A DNA stretch of 64,000 bases from Candidatus Chlorobium antarcticum (GCA_030765725.1 JAVCDF010000007.1:16682-80681); one strand, 5' to 3'; shown: positions 10,896 through 21,591, counted from the first letter of the stretch. Numbers and translations are program-made. The notes: generated by a model not told the origin, from the letters alone.

Positions 10896-11810
10896 ATGAA
10901 AAAAGGATTGAACTGGCGGATTTTCATCAGTTTCGGACTGCTTACCGCTTTCCTGATGCTTCTCATCTCAGGAATCATACTCTATATTGCCCCTCCCGGA
11001 CGGGTTGCAAACTGGTCAGGCTGGAACATTCTGGGCCTCAGCAAACACGCATGGCAGAACCAGCACACAATCTTCGGATTCGCCTTTGCCCTGCTCAGCG
11101 TTTTCCACCTCTTCGTCATTAACTGGAAAGCATTCTTCGCCTACATCACCACCAAAGCGACAAAAGGGCTTAAAAACCCCATAGAATTCTCAGCAATCAT
11201 CCTGCTCACCCTCCTCTTCGGCATTGGCACACAGCTTGAAATGCAGCCCTTCGCTGCCGTTATCAATTTCGGAGAATCAATCAAAGACTCATGGGAAAGC
11301 GGCATCAGCGAGCCACCCATACCCCATGCAGAAACCATGACTCTTGAAGAGCTCTCCCTTCAGCCAGCCCTCAACAAAACAGCTGAAGCAATGCTCGAAA
11401 CGATCCAGAAAGCCGGCCTCAAAGCAAACTCCACAACCCAGACACTCGGAGAAATTGCCAAAGAAAACGACATGCAGCCTACCGAACTCTACGCACTCAT
11501 AGCGCCCGCAGCAAAACATGAGAAAGGGCAAGGCCAACAGCAAGGCCAACGGCACAGCCAACAGCAGGGACAACAGCAGGGACAACAGCAGGGACAACAG
11601 AAAACAGAGCTCCAAAAAGAAGGATTCGGCCGTAAAACGCTCGAACAGATAGCCGAAGAAAACGGCATCGCCCCCCTCTCACTCCAGCTCGCCCTCCAGC
11701 AGCAGAACATTGCAGCCGAACCCGGCATGAGCATGCGCGCCATAACCGAAAAAAACGGCATCACCATGTCAACCCTCCGCAAAAAAATAGAAACAACCCT
11801 AACCCGCTAA
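10896..11810 (+). CDS. Polytopic membrane protein (DUF4405-like, histidine-containing helices) with a Q/G-rich linker and repeated helical C-terminal motifs
   Basis: MKKGLNWRIFISFGLLTAFLMLLISGIILYIAPPGRV... and ...HAWQNQHTIFGFAFALLSVFHLF. The start is either 10896 or 10854; the ORF opens at 10800 but that would overlap the previous gene. Confidence 0.7.
   Translation: MKKGLNWRIFISFGLLTAFLMLLISGIILYIAPPGRVANWSGWNILGLSKHAWQNQHTIFGFAFALLSVFHLFVINWKAFFAYITTKATKGLKNPIEFSAIILLTLLFGIGTQLEMQPFAAVINFGESIKDSWESGISEPPIPHAETMTLEELSLQPALNKTAEAMLETIQKAGLKANSTTQTLGEIAKENDMQPTELYALIAPAAKHEKGQGQQQGQRHSQQQGQQQGQQQGQQKTELQKEGFGRKTLEQIAEENGIAPLSLQLALQQQNIAAEPGMSMRAITEKNGITMSTLRKKIETTLTR
11532..11600 (+). repeat. 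In-frame 12-bp tandem repeat (about 5.75 units, the last 3 perfect: CAGCAGGGACAA) encoding GQQQ repeats
   Basis: Read directly: ggccaacagcaa ggccaacggcac agccaacagcag ggacaacagcag ggacaacagcag ggacaacag. Confidence 0.9.
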
Positions 11811-11873
11811 ACCCTTAAATCCCTAAAAAAAATAACAAGTAAGAGTTGGGGACACTGCCGGCACCCATTGAGC

Positions 11874-13355
11874 TTAACGCCGCTTGAGGAAAAAGAGACG
11901 GGCCTCTTTCTGGAAAAGAAGAACTGAAAGAGCAAGATACCCAAGGAGAACCGCACCCCTCGCTGCAGGTGGGAAAGGACTCTGAAGAAAGGGAACTGAA
12001 GCGGCACCAATACCCGCACCGAGAAGAATGAGCAAACGCCCCCAGTCATACTCAACCGGGTAAACCCTGAGGGAGTACCACGCCATCACCAAGCTCATGA
12101 CAACCGTTCCCGCCACAATAGCCCAGGCCGCCCCTTCCATACCGCTCAAAGGGATAAGCAGCCAGCAGCAGAAAGCCGTAACCGCCGCTCCGGCAAAGGT
12201 GACTACAGGAAGATAACGGGTGCTTCCGGTAATGAGAATACCTGCCGAAAGGTTGGTAGAAACCATGTCGAACACATAGCTCAGAAAAATCAACGGCAGC
12301 ACTGAAAGCCCTATCCAGTAGGTCGGCGGCAGCAGGTAGAGCCTCCCGCCCCAGTGATGCCGAACCAGATCAGGCACAAAAAAAGTGGCCGCAAGCGCAA
12401 CAACCATGGTCAGCATGGTTGAAATGCTCAGCACATGCCGGAACAGCCGCTTGGCCTCGGGATCATTGGAATGCTGCAGGAAAAACGGCTGCCACGCAAA
12501 CCGGAACACCTGAATCATAAGCTGCAGCAACACACCAAACGCCACCACCCGGCCGTAAATACCCACCACATCAGAGGCCTGCATCCCCGCCCCATAAATC
12601 CGTTCAATATCCTCGGCTGGCATGCGGATAAGAAGGTTGCGGTCAATAAGGTGGATGAGCAGCCCTGCAATACCTGTTGGCACATAGGGAAGGCCAATGC
12701 GAAGCATATCACGGAGCTGGGGCAAGGAAAACGACAGACGAAGCTGACGGAGTACCGGAATGAGCATAAGAAGGCTCAGAGCCGAACCCAGAATATTGGC
12801 AAGGAAAGCCCCCGAAAGACCAGCCTGCAGAGGACCAAGCAGAATGAACGCACTCACTACAACCGCCACCACACCGGCAATGCGCGCCACAGCGAACTGT
12901 ACAGCCTTTCGTTTGAGGCGCAGCTCTGCAAACGGAATTACCAGAAGGGTATCAATCCAGAGAATGACAGCAGCGTAACGGATGAATGGCTGCTCGGCGG
13001 AAGTCAGCCCTATAAGCGAAGAGACGCCGGGAGCAAAAAAGAAAAGAATGGCAGCAAAGAGCGTAGCGGTTGTGAGCAGGGAGAAAAAAGCAGTCGAGAA
13101 AAATCCACTCCCGTCCCGCTCCTCATGAAGAGCATCGGAAGCACACTTCAGATACGAGGTTTCAAGCCCATAGGAAAACAGCACATTGGCGATGGCAATA
13201 TTTGCATACACCAGCGTCTGAATACCGTTATCGAAAGTGGTCAGCTGGTTGGCATAAAGCGGCACCAGCAGATAGTTCAGGCTGCGGGCCAGAATGGTGC
13301 TGGTCCCGTAGATGACGGTATCCTTGAAGAGGAGCTTGAGTTTTGAAAAAAGCAT
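11874..13355 (-). CDS. Oligosaccharide/polysaccharide flippase family protein (Wzx/MOP superfamily)
   Basis: 493-aa polytopic membrane protein. The N-terminus [28 protein letters not shown] is typical of polysaccharide biosynthesis (MOP) flippases. Confidence 0.8.
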   Translation of the reverse strand: MLFSKLKLLFKDTVIYGTSTILARSLNYLLVPLYANQLTTFDNGIQTLVYANIAIANVLFSYGLETSYLKCASDALHEERDGSGFFSTAFFSLLTTATLFAAILFFFAPGVSSLIGLTSAEQPFIRYAAVILWIDTLLVIPFAELRLKRKAVQFAVARIAGVVAVVVSAFILLGPLQAGLSGAFLANILGSALSLLMLIPVLRQLRLSFSLPQLRDMLRIGLPYVPTGIAGLLIHLIDRNLLIRMPAEDIERIYGAGMQASDVVGIYGRVVAFGVLLQLMIQVFRFAWQPFFLQHSNDPEAKRLFRHVLSISTMLTMVVALAATFFVPDLVRHHWGGRLYLLPPTYWIGLSVLPLIFLSYVFDMVSTNLSAGILITGSTRYLPVVTFAGAAVTAFCCWLLIPLSGMEGAAWAIVAGTVVMSLVMAWYSLRVYPVEYDWGRLLILLGAGIGAASVPFLQSPFPPAARGAVLLGYLALSVLLFQKEARLFFLKRR

Positions 13356-13385
13356 GAAGAAGAATAATCAGAATGCCATTGTGGC

Positions 13386-13748
13386 CTATGCTGCGCCCTC
13401 GTCCCCGCCAGACCCTTCAGCACGCTCACTACGACGCTGCTTGAGCTGCGCCTCATCAATCTGGAACCGACCATCCTTCTTGACAACGGGAAGCTTGGCA
13501 ATAACCTGCTTCAAATGCGCCTGCGCCTCCTTCTGCTGAGCCTTGAGCTTCTGAAGTTCATCTCCCGACAGCCCAACCGGGTTGTCGCGATCAATAAGGG
13601 TCTCCTTCAGCGACTCGATATGCAGATTCTGTTCCCTTTTCATATACCCCACAAAACGGGTAAACAGAAAAACAAACAGCACAAAAATCAGCAGCGAAAA
13701 GACCATTATGGGAATCCAGCTCATGAACTGCGGCTTTAGTATTGACAA
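13386..13748 (-). CDS. Hypothetical membrane-anchored coiled-coil protein
   Basis: 120 aa with an N-terminal TM helix and a charged helical tail. It sits directly upstream of the flippase on the same strand. Confidence 0.55.
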   Translation of the reverse strand: MSILKPQFMSWIPIMVFSLLIFVLFVFLFTRFVGYMKREQNLHIESLKETLIDRDNPVGLSGDELQKLKAQQKEAQAHLKQVIAKLPVVKKDGRFQIDEAQLKQRRSERAEGSGGDEGAA

Positions 13749-13840
13749 TTGAAATAGTTATTATAATGTATGCCATATTACCGTTTTAAAAAAACGGGAA
13801 CCCCCGATAACTCTATCGCCCGCGTCAAGCATACTACCAA

Positions 13841-14809
13841 ATGAACAGCACCACCATAATCGAAAAAGGCAGAACAGTCCTCCAGCAGGAAGCCAGGGCC
13901 ATCAGCCGAATGGCCGAAAGGCTTGACGGAAACTTCGCCAAAGCAGTTGCCGCCCTCGCAGAATGCAAAGGCAAAGTCATTATTTCCGGTATGGGGAAAT
14001 CCGGCATCGTCGGCCAGAAAATGGCAGCCACCATGTCGTCCACAGGCACAACCGCCGTCTTCCTCCACCCGGCAGAAGCCGCCCATGGCGACCTTGGCAT
14101 GGTACAGCCCAGCGATGTCGTCATAGGCCTCTCCAAAAGCGGCACCACCGAAGAGCTCAACTTCATCATTCCGCCGCTCCGGCGAATCGGGGTAACAATC
14201 ATAGCCATGACCGGCAGCAGCCGCTCCTACCTGGGAGAAAACGCCGACATCACGCTCGACACCGGCATAGAGCAGGAGGCCTGCCCCTACGACCTTGCGC
14301 CAACCACCTCCACTACCGCCATGCTCGCCATGGGCGACGCGCTTGCCATTGCCCTCATGGAAGAAAAATCTTTCACCCAGCGCGACTTTGCCCTCAGCCA
14401 CCCCAAAGGGGCGTTAGGCCGAAGGCTTACTGTCAAAATCAAAGAGATCATGGCCACAGGGGATGCAGTCCCCGTAGTTATGGAGAGCGACAGCATGAGT
14501 GAACTGATTCTTGAAATGACCTCAAAGCGCTACGGAGTCAGCTCCGTGGTCAACAGCGAAGGTCGGCTCACCGGCATTTTCACTGATGGTGACCTCCGTC
14601 GCCTGGTCCAGAAAGGCGATGAATTCCTCTCCCTTTCAGCCGGCGAAGTAATGACCGCAAACCCGAAAACCGCCGCAGACGACATGCTGGCCAAAGAGTG
14701 CCTCGACACTCTTGAAACCTACCGCATCACCCAACTCATGGTCTGCGACAGCAACCACCGCCCGGTCGGACTCATCCACCTGCACGACCTTCTGGCCTTA
14801 GGGCTTTAA
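13841..14809 (+). CDS. kdsD: Arabinose-5-phosphate isomerase (KpsF/GutQ family; SIS plus tandem CBS domains)
   Basis: SIS motif ISGMGKSGIVGQKMAATMSSTGT and a C-terminal CBS pair. Confidence 0.88.
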   Translation: MNSTTIIEKGRTVLQQEARAISRMAERLDGNFAKAVAALAECKGKVIISGMGKSGIVGQKMAATMSSTGTTAVFLHPAEAAHGDLGMVQPSDVVIGLSKSGTTEELNFIIPPLRRIGVTIIAMTGSSRSYLGENADITLDTGIEQEACPYDLAPTTSTTAMLAMGDALAIALMEEKSFTQRDFALSHPKGALGRRLTVKIKEIMATGDAVPVVMESDSMSELILEMTSKRYGVSSVVNSEGRLTGIFTDGDLRRLVQKGDEFLSLSAGEVMTANPKTAADDMLAKECLDTLETYRITQLMVCDSNHRPVGLIHLHDLLALGL

Positions 14810-14815
14810 ACAAGA

Positions 14816-14841
14816 AAGCCCCCGTCAATCAACGGGGGCTT
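14816..14841. terminator. Stem-loop between convergent kdsD and sucD
   Basis: AAGCCCCCG (14816-14824), loop TCAATCAA, CGGGGGCTT (14833-14841). The flanking U-tracts are weak. Confidence 0.5.
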
Positions 14842-14865
14842 CTGTACAGATTTCACAGGCCTTTC

Positions 14866-15768
14866 TCAGCTGCGTCCAAGGGCCTTCATCATCGCCTCAC
14901 CTATATCAGCAGGGCTGTCAACCACATGAATGCCAGCAGCCTCCATCGCCTTGATTTTCTCTTCAGCAGTTCCCTTGCCGCCCGACACAATTGCACCGGC
15001 ATGGCCCATCCGGCGGCCCGGAGGCGCGGTACGGCCAGCAATAAATCCAACCACAGGCTTTTTGAAATGCTTTTTGATGTACTCGGCAGCCTCTTCCTCG
15101 GCGCTTCCACCAATTTCACCAATCATCACAAGACCTTCCGTTTCATCATCCTTCGCAAACATCTTCACCGCATCAAGAAAACGGGTACCGATAACCGGAT
15201 CGCCGCCAATGCCGATGCAGGTAGACTGGCCAAGCCCCACATGGGTCAACTGGTGCACAGCCTCATAGGTCAAGGTACCGCTGCGCGAAACAACGCCGAT
15301 GGAACCTTTCTTATGGATAAATCCGGGCATAATGCCAATTTTCGCCTCACCGGGAGTAATGACGCCAGGGCAGTTCGGCCCCACAAGCACAGCACCTTTC
15401 GCCTTCACAAATGCATAGGCCTTCATCATGTCGTTAACCGGAATACCCTCTGTAATGCAGATGATCACCTTCAGCCCCGCATCAGCAGCCTCCATAATTG
15501 CATCAGCCGCAAAAGCAGCGGGAACAAAAATGACAGTTGCATTGGCTTCGGCTTTTTCAACAGCCTCCTTCACAGTATTGAACACTGGAACCGGACGGCA
15601 GAAACTGTCGCGATCATTACCGTTATAGAGCACTCCGCCCTTGCCCGGCGTCACACCGGCAACCACATTGGTGCCGTACTCAAGAATCTGCGAAGTATGA
15701 AAGGTACCCTCTCCGCCGGTAATGCCCTGTACGCAGAGGCGGGTATCCTTGTTGACCAAAACACTCAT
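14866..15768 (-). CDS. sucD: Succinyl-CoA ligase (ADP-forming) alpha subunit
   Basis: [25 protein letters not shown]... and the phosphohistidine region SRSGTLTYE...GHAGA. Confidence 0.93.
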   Translation of the reverse strand: MSVLVNKDTRLCVQGITGGEGTFHTSQILEYGTNVVAGVTPGKGGVLYNGNDRDSFCRPVPVFNTVKEAVEKAEANATVIFVPAAFAADAIMEAADAGLKVIICITEGIPVNDMMKAYAFVKAKGAVLVGPNCPGVITPGEAKIGIMPGFIHKKGSIGVVSRSGTLTYEAVHQLTHVGLGQSTCIGIGGDPVIGTRFLDAVKMFAKDDETEGLVMIGEIGGSAEEEAAEYIKKHFKKPVVGFIAGRTAPPGRRMGHAGAIVSGGKGTAEEKIKAMEAAGIHVVDSPADIGEAMMKALGRS

Positions 15769-15799
15769 AATGACAATGATTTAATGGTTGCTGAGAGGC

Positions 15800-17239
15800 T
15801 TAACTCAATCGGGAAACCGGGCGCTGCATATGCCGAGCAATGCCAAGCAGTTTCCCCTCTTCAAAGAAATTACAGATCAGGTGCATGCCAACAGGAAGGT
15901 TCTCCCCGTCATAACCAACAGGCACAGAGAGAGCCGGCATTCCCACAATGCTTGCCGGCACCGTAAAGACATCGGCAAGATACATTTCAAGCGGATCGGC
16001 CGTCTTGGCGCCTATGGCAAAAGGAGGAAAAGGCGAAGTCGGTCCCGCAATAACATCAACTTTTGAAAGCGCCTCGCGGTACCGGTCCTGGAACACACGG
16101 CGCACCTGCTGCGCCTTCTTGTAATAGGTATCGTAATAACCGGTTGATAGCACATAGGTGCCAAGCATGATTCTGCGCTTCACCTCACGCCCGAACCCCT
16201 CCGTGCGCGACTTCACATACATTGATGCAAGATCAGTCGCCGCCTCTGAACGGTAGCCGTATCGGGCACCATCAAAACGGGCCAGATTCGACGAAGCTTC
16301 GGCCGTTACCAGAACATAATATGCCGCAATGGCATGGTCGCTTTTGGGAAGAGTAATGTCAACCAGCTCGGCGCCCTCTTGCCGAAGCTCTTCAAGCTTA
16401 CCCAGCACAACGCGTGAAACATCTGGATTGAGTCCCGCATTGAAAAACTCTTTTGGAACACCGATTTTCAGCCCCTCAACCGATACCCCCGAAACCTCGG
16501 AACCATAATCGCCCACCGCGTGCGAAGACGAAGTTGCGTCATGAGGATCACTGCCCGCCATAACCCCCAGCACCAGTGCTGCATCCAAACAGGTATGCGA
16601 AAGCACGCCGATCTGGTCGAACGAAGAAGCAAACGCCACCAGGCCGTAACGGGAAATGCGGCCATAGGTCGGCTTCAGCCCCACAATATCGCAGAACCCA
16701 GCCGGCTGACGGACTGAACCGCCCGTATCCGAACCAAGCGCCACCATGCAGAGCCCTGCAGCAACCGCAGCGGCCGAACCACCCGAACTTCCACCCGGAA
16801 CGCGCAATGGGTCGAACGGGTTCTGCACCGGCCCGAATGCCGAGTTTTCGTTCGAGCTGCCCATGGCGAACTCGTCCATGTTCGTTTTGCCCAGAAAAAT
16901 CGCATCCTCATCAAACAGCCGCCGGATGACTGTAGCATCGTAAACGCTCCGATACCCCTCAAGCATTCTGGAGGCGCATGTAAGCGAGGCACCATCCATT
17001 GAAATATTGTCCTTGATGGCCATCGGCAAGCCAAAAAGCCTGCCGGGCTCACCGCCCTCACGAAGTTTCTGGTCGAGCGACGCTGCACGCCGCAATGCCT
17101 CCTCACGAAATACCGTTAAATAAACTTTGTCATCACCATGGCGCTCTATGCGCTCAAGATATTCGCGCGTCACTTCTTCGCACGACACCTCTCCAGCCAG
17201 CAGCCGGGGGCGCAGATCTTCATAACTACTGAATTGCAC
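15800..17239 (-). CDS. gatA: Asp-tRNA(Asn)/Glu-tRNA(Gln) amidotransferase subunit A
   Basis: Amidase signature [12 protein letters not shown]. The ORF extends to 17338, and the in-frame GTG at 17239 gives a typical product of about 480 aa. The start is uncertain. Confidence 0.88.
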   Translation of the reverse strand: MQFSSYEDLRPRLLAGEVSCEEVTREYLERIERHGDDKVYLTVFREEALRRAASLDQKLREGGEPGRLFGLPMAIKDNISMDGASLTCASRMLEGYRSVYDATVIRRLFDEDAIFLGKTNMDEFAMGSSNENSAFGPVQNPFDPLRVPGGSSGGSAAAVAAGLCMVALGSDTGGSVRQPAGFCDIVGLKPTYGRISRYGLVAFASSFDQIGVLSHTCLDAALVLGVMAGSDPHDATSSSHAVGDYGSEVSGVSVEGLKIGVPKEFFNAGLNPDVSRVVLGKLEELRQEGAELVDITLPKSDHAIAAYYVLVTAEASSNLARFDGARYGYRSEAATDLASMYVKSRTEGFGREVKRRIMLGTYVLSTGYYDTYYKKAQQVRRVFQDRYREALSKVDVIAGPTSPFPPFAIGAKTADPLEMYLADVFTVPASIVGMPALSVPVGYDGENLPVGMHLICNFFEEGKLLGIARHMQRPVSRLS

Positions 17240-17327
17240 GGTCTTTATCTGAATTATTTTAGGGAAAAATACCGATATGGAACGCCGGAAAGAATTCCGG
17301 ACGGGAAAAAACAGCAAACCCGCAGGA

Positions 17328-17355
17328 TTGCCTTCCACTGTAAGGTTTGTATAAT
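17328..17355 (+). promoter_or_regulatory. Candidate sigma-70-type promoter for uppS-bamA
   Basis: TTGCCT (17328-17333), a 16-nt spacer, then TATAAT (17350-17355), about 100 nt upstream of the uppS ATG. This is a pattern match only. Confidence 0.35.
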
Positions 17356-17459
17356 AAGAAATAACTGTCTATAATTCAATTTACCCCAGAGTTGGGCCAC
17401 CACAGTTGAGAGTGCATCCATACCCGACGGAAAACAATGGAAATGAGTAAAACCAACCT

Positions 17460-18302
17460 ATGGTCTTGATAAAAAAACCAGCTCTGACTGCAGCAAAAAG
17501 GGGCCACTGGTTCTCATCGGGTGAAAGCAATATCGACAGTCGCCTGCAGGCAGAACTCAAAGCCGCATGTGAACTTCCCTCCCATATTGCCATCATTATG
17601 GATGGAAACGGCAGGTGGGCACGCCTGAAAGGAAAAACGCGCATTGAAGGCCATGCCGCCGGAGTCAACTCCGTCAGAGATATTGTAGAGGCTTCCGCAC
17701 AACTTGGCATACAAAATCTCACGCTCTTCACCTTCTCCACGGAAAACTGGAAAAGGCCCGAAAAAGAGGTTGCTGCCCTCATGCAGCTGATTGTCAGAAT
17801 TCTCGGCCGCGAAACCCGCGCACTGCACGACAACAACATCCGGCTCAATGTTATCGGCAACAGAGAGCTTCTCCCTCTGAAAGTCCGCGAAACACTTGAA
17901 AACACCATTGAGCTCACCAAGAACAACAGCAACCTCACCCTTACCATAGCGATCAGTTACAGCGGCAAATGGGACATAGTTCAAGCCTGCCGCAAGGTAG
18001 CCGAAGAAGTTGCAGCGGGAAGCATCAAAGCCAGAGAAGTCAGCGAACAGCTTATTGACAGCCACCTCTCAACCGCCGGAATGCCCGACCCCGAACTCAT
18101 CATCCGAACCAGCGGAGAGTTCAGAATCAGTAACTTCATGATATGGCAGAGCGCCTATTCGGAGATTTACTTCACCAACACCTACTGGCCCGATTTCCAC
18201 CGCACGAACCTCTACGACGCCATCCGCGACTACCAGGGCCGTGAACGCCGTTTCGGAAAAACCAGCGACCAGATACAGTCAACAGCATCACTCACGCAAT
18301 AA
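17460..18302 (+). CDS. uppS: Isoprenyl transferase (undecaprenyl diphosphate synthase)
   Basis: HIAIIMDGNGRWA, FSTENWKRP and RTSGE.R.SNF motifs. Confidence 0.92.
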   Translation: MVLIKKPALTAAKRGHWFSSGESNIDSRLQAELKAACELPSHIAIIMDGNGRWARLKGKTRIEGHAAGVNSVRDIVEASAQLGIQNLTLFTFSTENWKRPEKEVAALMQLIVRILGRETRALHDNNIRLNVIGNRELLPLKVRETLENTIELTKNNSNLTLTIAISYSGKWDIVQACRKVAEEVAAGSIKAREVSEQLIDSHLSTAGMPDPELIIRTSGEFRISNFMIWQSAYSEIYFTNTYWPDFHRTNLYDAIRDYQGRERRFGKTSDQIQSTASLTQ

Positions 18303-18323
18303 CACGACCGACATCGAAGAGCA

Positions 18324-20801
18324 ATGAAAAAAACCGAGAACCGCATTATACTATTTCTGCTTGCCACCTGCATCGTCATTGGCGGAACCGCGCCCGCTCC
18401 ACTGGCAACTGCATCTGCCGCCACGGCGAAACAATCGCCCGAAGCAAGGCTTACAGCCATTGTCTCAATATCAATAAAGGGCCTTCAAACCATTGACGAG
18501 GAAGAGCTGAAAGCAAGCCTGCCAATCAAAGAGGGTAGCACTGTACGCATTCCCGGCCCGGAACTCTCCGGCACCATGCAGTACCTCTGGAATCTCGGCC
18601 ACTTCAGCGACATCTCCATTGAAACGGCCAAATCCGGAACAAACCGCACAGCCCTCACCTTCAGGGTTGTTGAACATCCAATCCTCGACATAGTCACCTT
18701 CAAGGGGAACAAAAAAATCAAGGTCGTCGAACTTGAAAAAACCGCAGCCCTCCTCACGGGCAAAACGGTCACCGAACAGGAGCTGGTAACAGCCGCGAAC
18801 AAAATTGAAAAACTCTATGCCACCAAAGGCTACCTGACTGCCGGAGCGGAATTCAAACTCCAGAAAGCCAAGAAAACCAACCACTTTCTGGCCCTCTACA
18901 CCATCAGTGAAGGCCCGAAAGTATCCATTGACAAAATCATTTTCCACGGCAACAACGCCTTTCATCAGGGAAAACTGCGCGGAGTCTTCAAAGAGACCGT
19001 TCAAAATTCATGGTGGAGAAAAATCTTCGGATCACCCAAGCTCGACCGCGACAAACTCGCCGAAGACAAAAACCTCCTGGTGGATTTCTACCGCAACAAC
19101 GGCTACCGTGACGCAAGGATTCTGCGAGATGAAATAAGCTACACCAAAAATAAAAAGGGGCTCTATCTGGACATCTACCTCGATGAGGGTCCAAAATATT
19201 TCATCCGCAACATCACATGGACAGGCAACACAAAAGATTTTGCCACAACTGATATTCTCAACACCACCTTTGCCATTCAAAAAGGGGATATCTACAACGC
19301 AAAGAAAATTGAAGAGCGACTGAACTACTCGCAGGACAACACAGATGTCAGCTCACTCTACCTCGATCGTGGCCACCTCTCTTTCCGCGCCAAACTTGAA
19401 GAGCGGGTGGTCAAACCCGACTCCGTCGATCTGGTGATATACATTACCGAAGGTGAGCAGTTCCAGCTCAACGCAATCAAAATAAAAGGCAACACCAAAA
19501 CCAAAGACCATGTCATCCGCCGCGAACTCCACACGGTTCCGGGCGACATGTTCAGCCGGAAAAATGTAGTCCGTAGCATCCGCGAACTCAACATGCTCAA
19601 CTACTTCAATCCGGAAACGCTGACCCCCGATGTAGACCCGAACAACAAAGATAATACAGTTGATCTTACCTACAATGTTGAGGAAAAACAGACCGACACA
19701 TTCAACGCATCTGTCGGATACAGCGGCATCGGCTTTACCGGTGCACTCGGAGTAACATTCAACAACTTCTCACTCAAAGACATCTTCAAAGCGGAAGCCT
19801 ACAAGCCCATCCCCCACGGTGACGGCCAGAAATTCTCCTTCCAATGGCAGTTCGGTGACGACGACTACCGGACCATTGCGCTCTCCTTCAGTGAACCATG
19901 GGCATTCGGCACACCCACTTCGCTCGGCTTCTCCGCATTCACCACCTCCCGTTCATACGACTACACCGACGATAGCATTGACAACCCCAACACCATCGAC
20001 CAGTATGGAGCAAACCTCACTGTCGGAAAGCGCCTGAACTGGCCCGATGACTACTTCTCCATCAGCTGGAAGCTCAAATACCTGCACAGCAAAGGCGGTT
20101 TCCTCAGCTTCATAGACGAAATCAACGCCCCTGAGCAGGCCGATGAAATTTCCATCACCCAGACCATCAGCCGAAACAGCATAGATAACCTGATCTATCC
20201 CCGGCGTGGCAGCAACAACACTTTTTCAGCTCAGCTCGCCGGCGGCGTTCTCCCCGGCACCGTGGACTTCTATAAATTCACGGGGAGCTCCAGCTGGTTC
20301 ATCCCACTCAACAAGAAACTGGTATGGAACCTTGCCACGCAGCACGGCTACATGTCAACATTCAACGACGACGACTATATCCCCTACACCGAATACTTCT
20401 ACATGGGAGGCAGCGGCATGTCGTCACTGCAGACTATACCACTGCGAGGCTACGACGACCGTAGCCTTGGCAAACAGCTCGGAGGAACAACTTCGGAACT
20501 CTACGGCGGCACCGTCTACTCCAAATTTACAACAGAAATCCGCTACCCGCTGACCCTATCCTCATCCGCCAGCGTATACGCCCTTACCTTCCTTGAAGCC
20601 GGTGGACTCTGGGAAAACTCAAGTGCTGTCAACTTCTCCGATCTGAAAAAATCGGCCGGCGTCGGCATGCGGCTCTACCTTCCTATCATCGGCCAGGTTG
20701 GGCTTGATTACGGCTACGGATTCGACGCCGTTGCAAAAGATCCTGAAAAGACCAAACAGGGGTGGGTCTTCCTCTTCAGCTTTGGGACCAGCTTCTTCTG
20801 A
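18324..20801 (+). CDS. bamA: Outer membrane protein assembly factor BamA
   Basis: 825 aa with a signal peptide, POTRA-like repeats and a C-terminal beta-barrel ending in ...FLFSFGTSFF. The uppS-bamA order is conserved. Confidence 0.9.
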   Translation: MKKTENRIILFLLATCIVIGGTAPAPLATASAATAKQSPEARLTAIVSISIKGLQTIDEEELKASLPIKEGSTVRIPGPELSGTMQYLWNLGHFSDISIETAKSGTNRTALTFRVVEHPILDIVTFKGNKKIKVVELEKTAALLTGKTVTEQELVTAANKIEKLYATKGYLTAGAEFKLQKAKKTNHFLALYTISEGPKVSIDKIIFHGNNAFHQGKLRGVFKETVQNSWWRKIFGSPKLDRDKLAEDKNLLVDFYRNNGYRDARILRDEISYTKNKKGLYLDIYLDEGPKYFIRNITWTGNTKDFATTDILNTTFAIQKGDIYNAKKIEERLNYSQDNTDVSSLYLDRGHLSFRAKLEERVVKPDSVDLVIYITEGEQFQLNAIKIKGNTKTKDHVIRRELHTVPGDMFSRKNVVRSIRELNMLNYFNPETLTPDVDPNNKDNTVDLTYNVEEKQTDTFNASVGYSGIGFTGALGVTFNNFSLKDIFKAEAYKPIPHGDGQKFSFQWQFGDDDYRTIALSFSEPWAFGTPTSLGFSAFTTSRSYDYTDDSIDNPNTIDQYGANLTVGKRLNWPDDYFSISWKLKYLHSKGGFLSFIDEINAPEQADEISITQTISRNSIDNLIYPRRGSNNTFSAQLAGGVLPGTVDFYKFTGSSSWFIPLNKKLVWNLATQHGYMSTFNDDDYIPYTEYFYMGGSGMSSLQTIPLRGYDDRSLGKQLGGTTSELYGGTVYSKFTTEIRYPLTLSSSASVYALTFLEAGGLWENSSAVNFSDLKKSAGVGMRLYLPIIGQVGLDYGYGFDAVAKDPEKTKQGWVFLFSFGTSFF

Positions 20802-20837
20802 CAACCGTTTTTTTTGTTTAAAAATTTTTGAAAAAGG

Positions 20838-20866
20838 TTGCCAAGAATTCCGAAAACATTTATCTT
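20838..20866 (+). promoter_or_regulatory. Candidate sigma-70-type promoter for the OMP gene
   Basis: TTGCCA (20838-20843), a 17-nt spacer, then TATCTT (20861-20866). This is a pattern match only. Confidence 0.3.
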
Positions 20867-20932
20867 TTAGTCAAGACAGACGCAGTAGATGTGTACAAGC
20901 GAAAAACACACAACAATTAAACGATTACTGCC

Positions 20933-21511
20933 ATGAAAAAGAAACTCGCCCTTCTGACCGCCGGACTGGCCATTGCTGGATTCAGCGTAACGCCGGCATC
21001 AGCCGCTGATCGTTATGTAAGCGGCAATGCAGGAGTAACTTGGATGAATAATGTCGACTATGGTGATTTGACCGCCGAAATGGACGCCGGATTCGCCCTA
21101 TTCGGAGCCATCGGTTGCGACTACGGTAATACTCGCCTTGAGGGAGAACTCGGCTATGTACAGAATGATGTCGACAAGGTGGACGGCAACAGCGGTAGCG
21201 GGGATTTTTCCGTCCTCTCGCTGATGGCAAACGGCTACTACGACTTCAACTCCGATGGCGGTATTGAGCCCTATGTTACAGCAGGTGTAGGCTTCGCACA
21301 TGGTCACGCAGACGATATCACAGGGTTCGGAACACAGAACAAAACCGCTCTGGCTTGGCAGGTAGGCGCCGGAGTGGCCGTACCGGTAGGCAACAATGTC
21401 ATGGTTGACCTGCGCTATCGCTACTTCGAAACCGGAGTGATGGAAGACATGTCTTCCATCACCAACATCGCCAGCAACAATCTGCTGCTCGGCATGCGGG
21501 TAGGCTTCTGA
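20933..21511 (+). CDS. Outer membrane beta-barrel protein (OmpA-like 8-strand/porin family)
   Basis: Signal peptide MKKKLALLTAGLAIAGFSVTPASA, alternating beta-strand pattern and a C-terminal ...GMRVGF. Confidence 0.8.
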   Translation: MKKKLALLTAGLAIAGFSVTPASAADRYVSGNAGVTWMNNVDYGDLTAEMDAGFALFGAIGCDYGNTRLEGELGYVQNDVDKVDGNSGSGDFSVLSLMANGYYDFNSDGGIEPYVTAGVGFAHGHADDITGFGTQNKTALAWQVGAGVAVPVGNNVMVDLRYRYFETGVMEDMSSITNIASNNLLLGMRVGF

Positions 21512-21544
21512 AGCAGGAACAACTGTCAATCAAACAATAAAAAA

Positions 21545-21567
21545 GGAGGCCAATGGCCTCCTTTTTT
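21545..21567. terminator. Bidirectional rho-independent terminator
   Basis: GGAGGCC (21545-21551), loop AAT, GGCCTCC (21555-21561), then TTTTTT. An A-run precedes it, and it lies between convergent genes. Confidence 0.8.
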
Positions 21568-21591
21568 ATTGCGCAAAACTCTCTGAACAAC

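Noticed and set aside
13742-13767. TTGACA ... TATAAT pair upstream of kdsD.
   Set aside because: The spacer is only 14 nt, too short for a functional sigma-70 promoter, so I did not report it as a feature.
14866-15768. sucD without an adjacent sucC.
   Set aside because: The beta subunit can simply be encoded elsewhere. Separated sucC and sucD genes are known in several lineages, so this is not evidence of anything unusual within this window.
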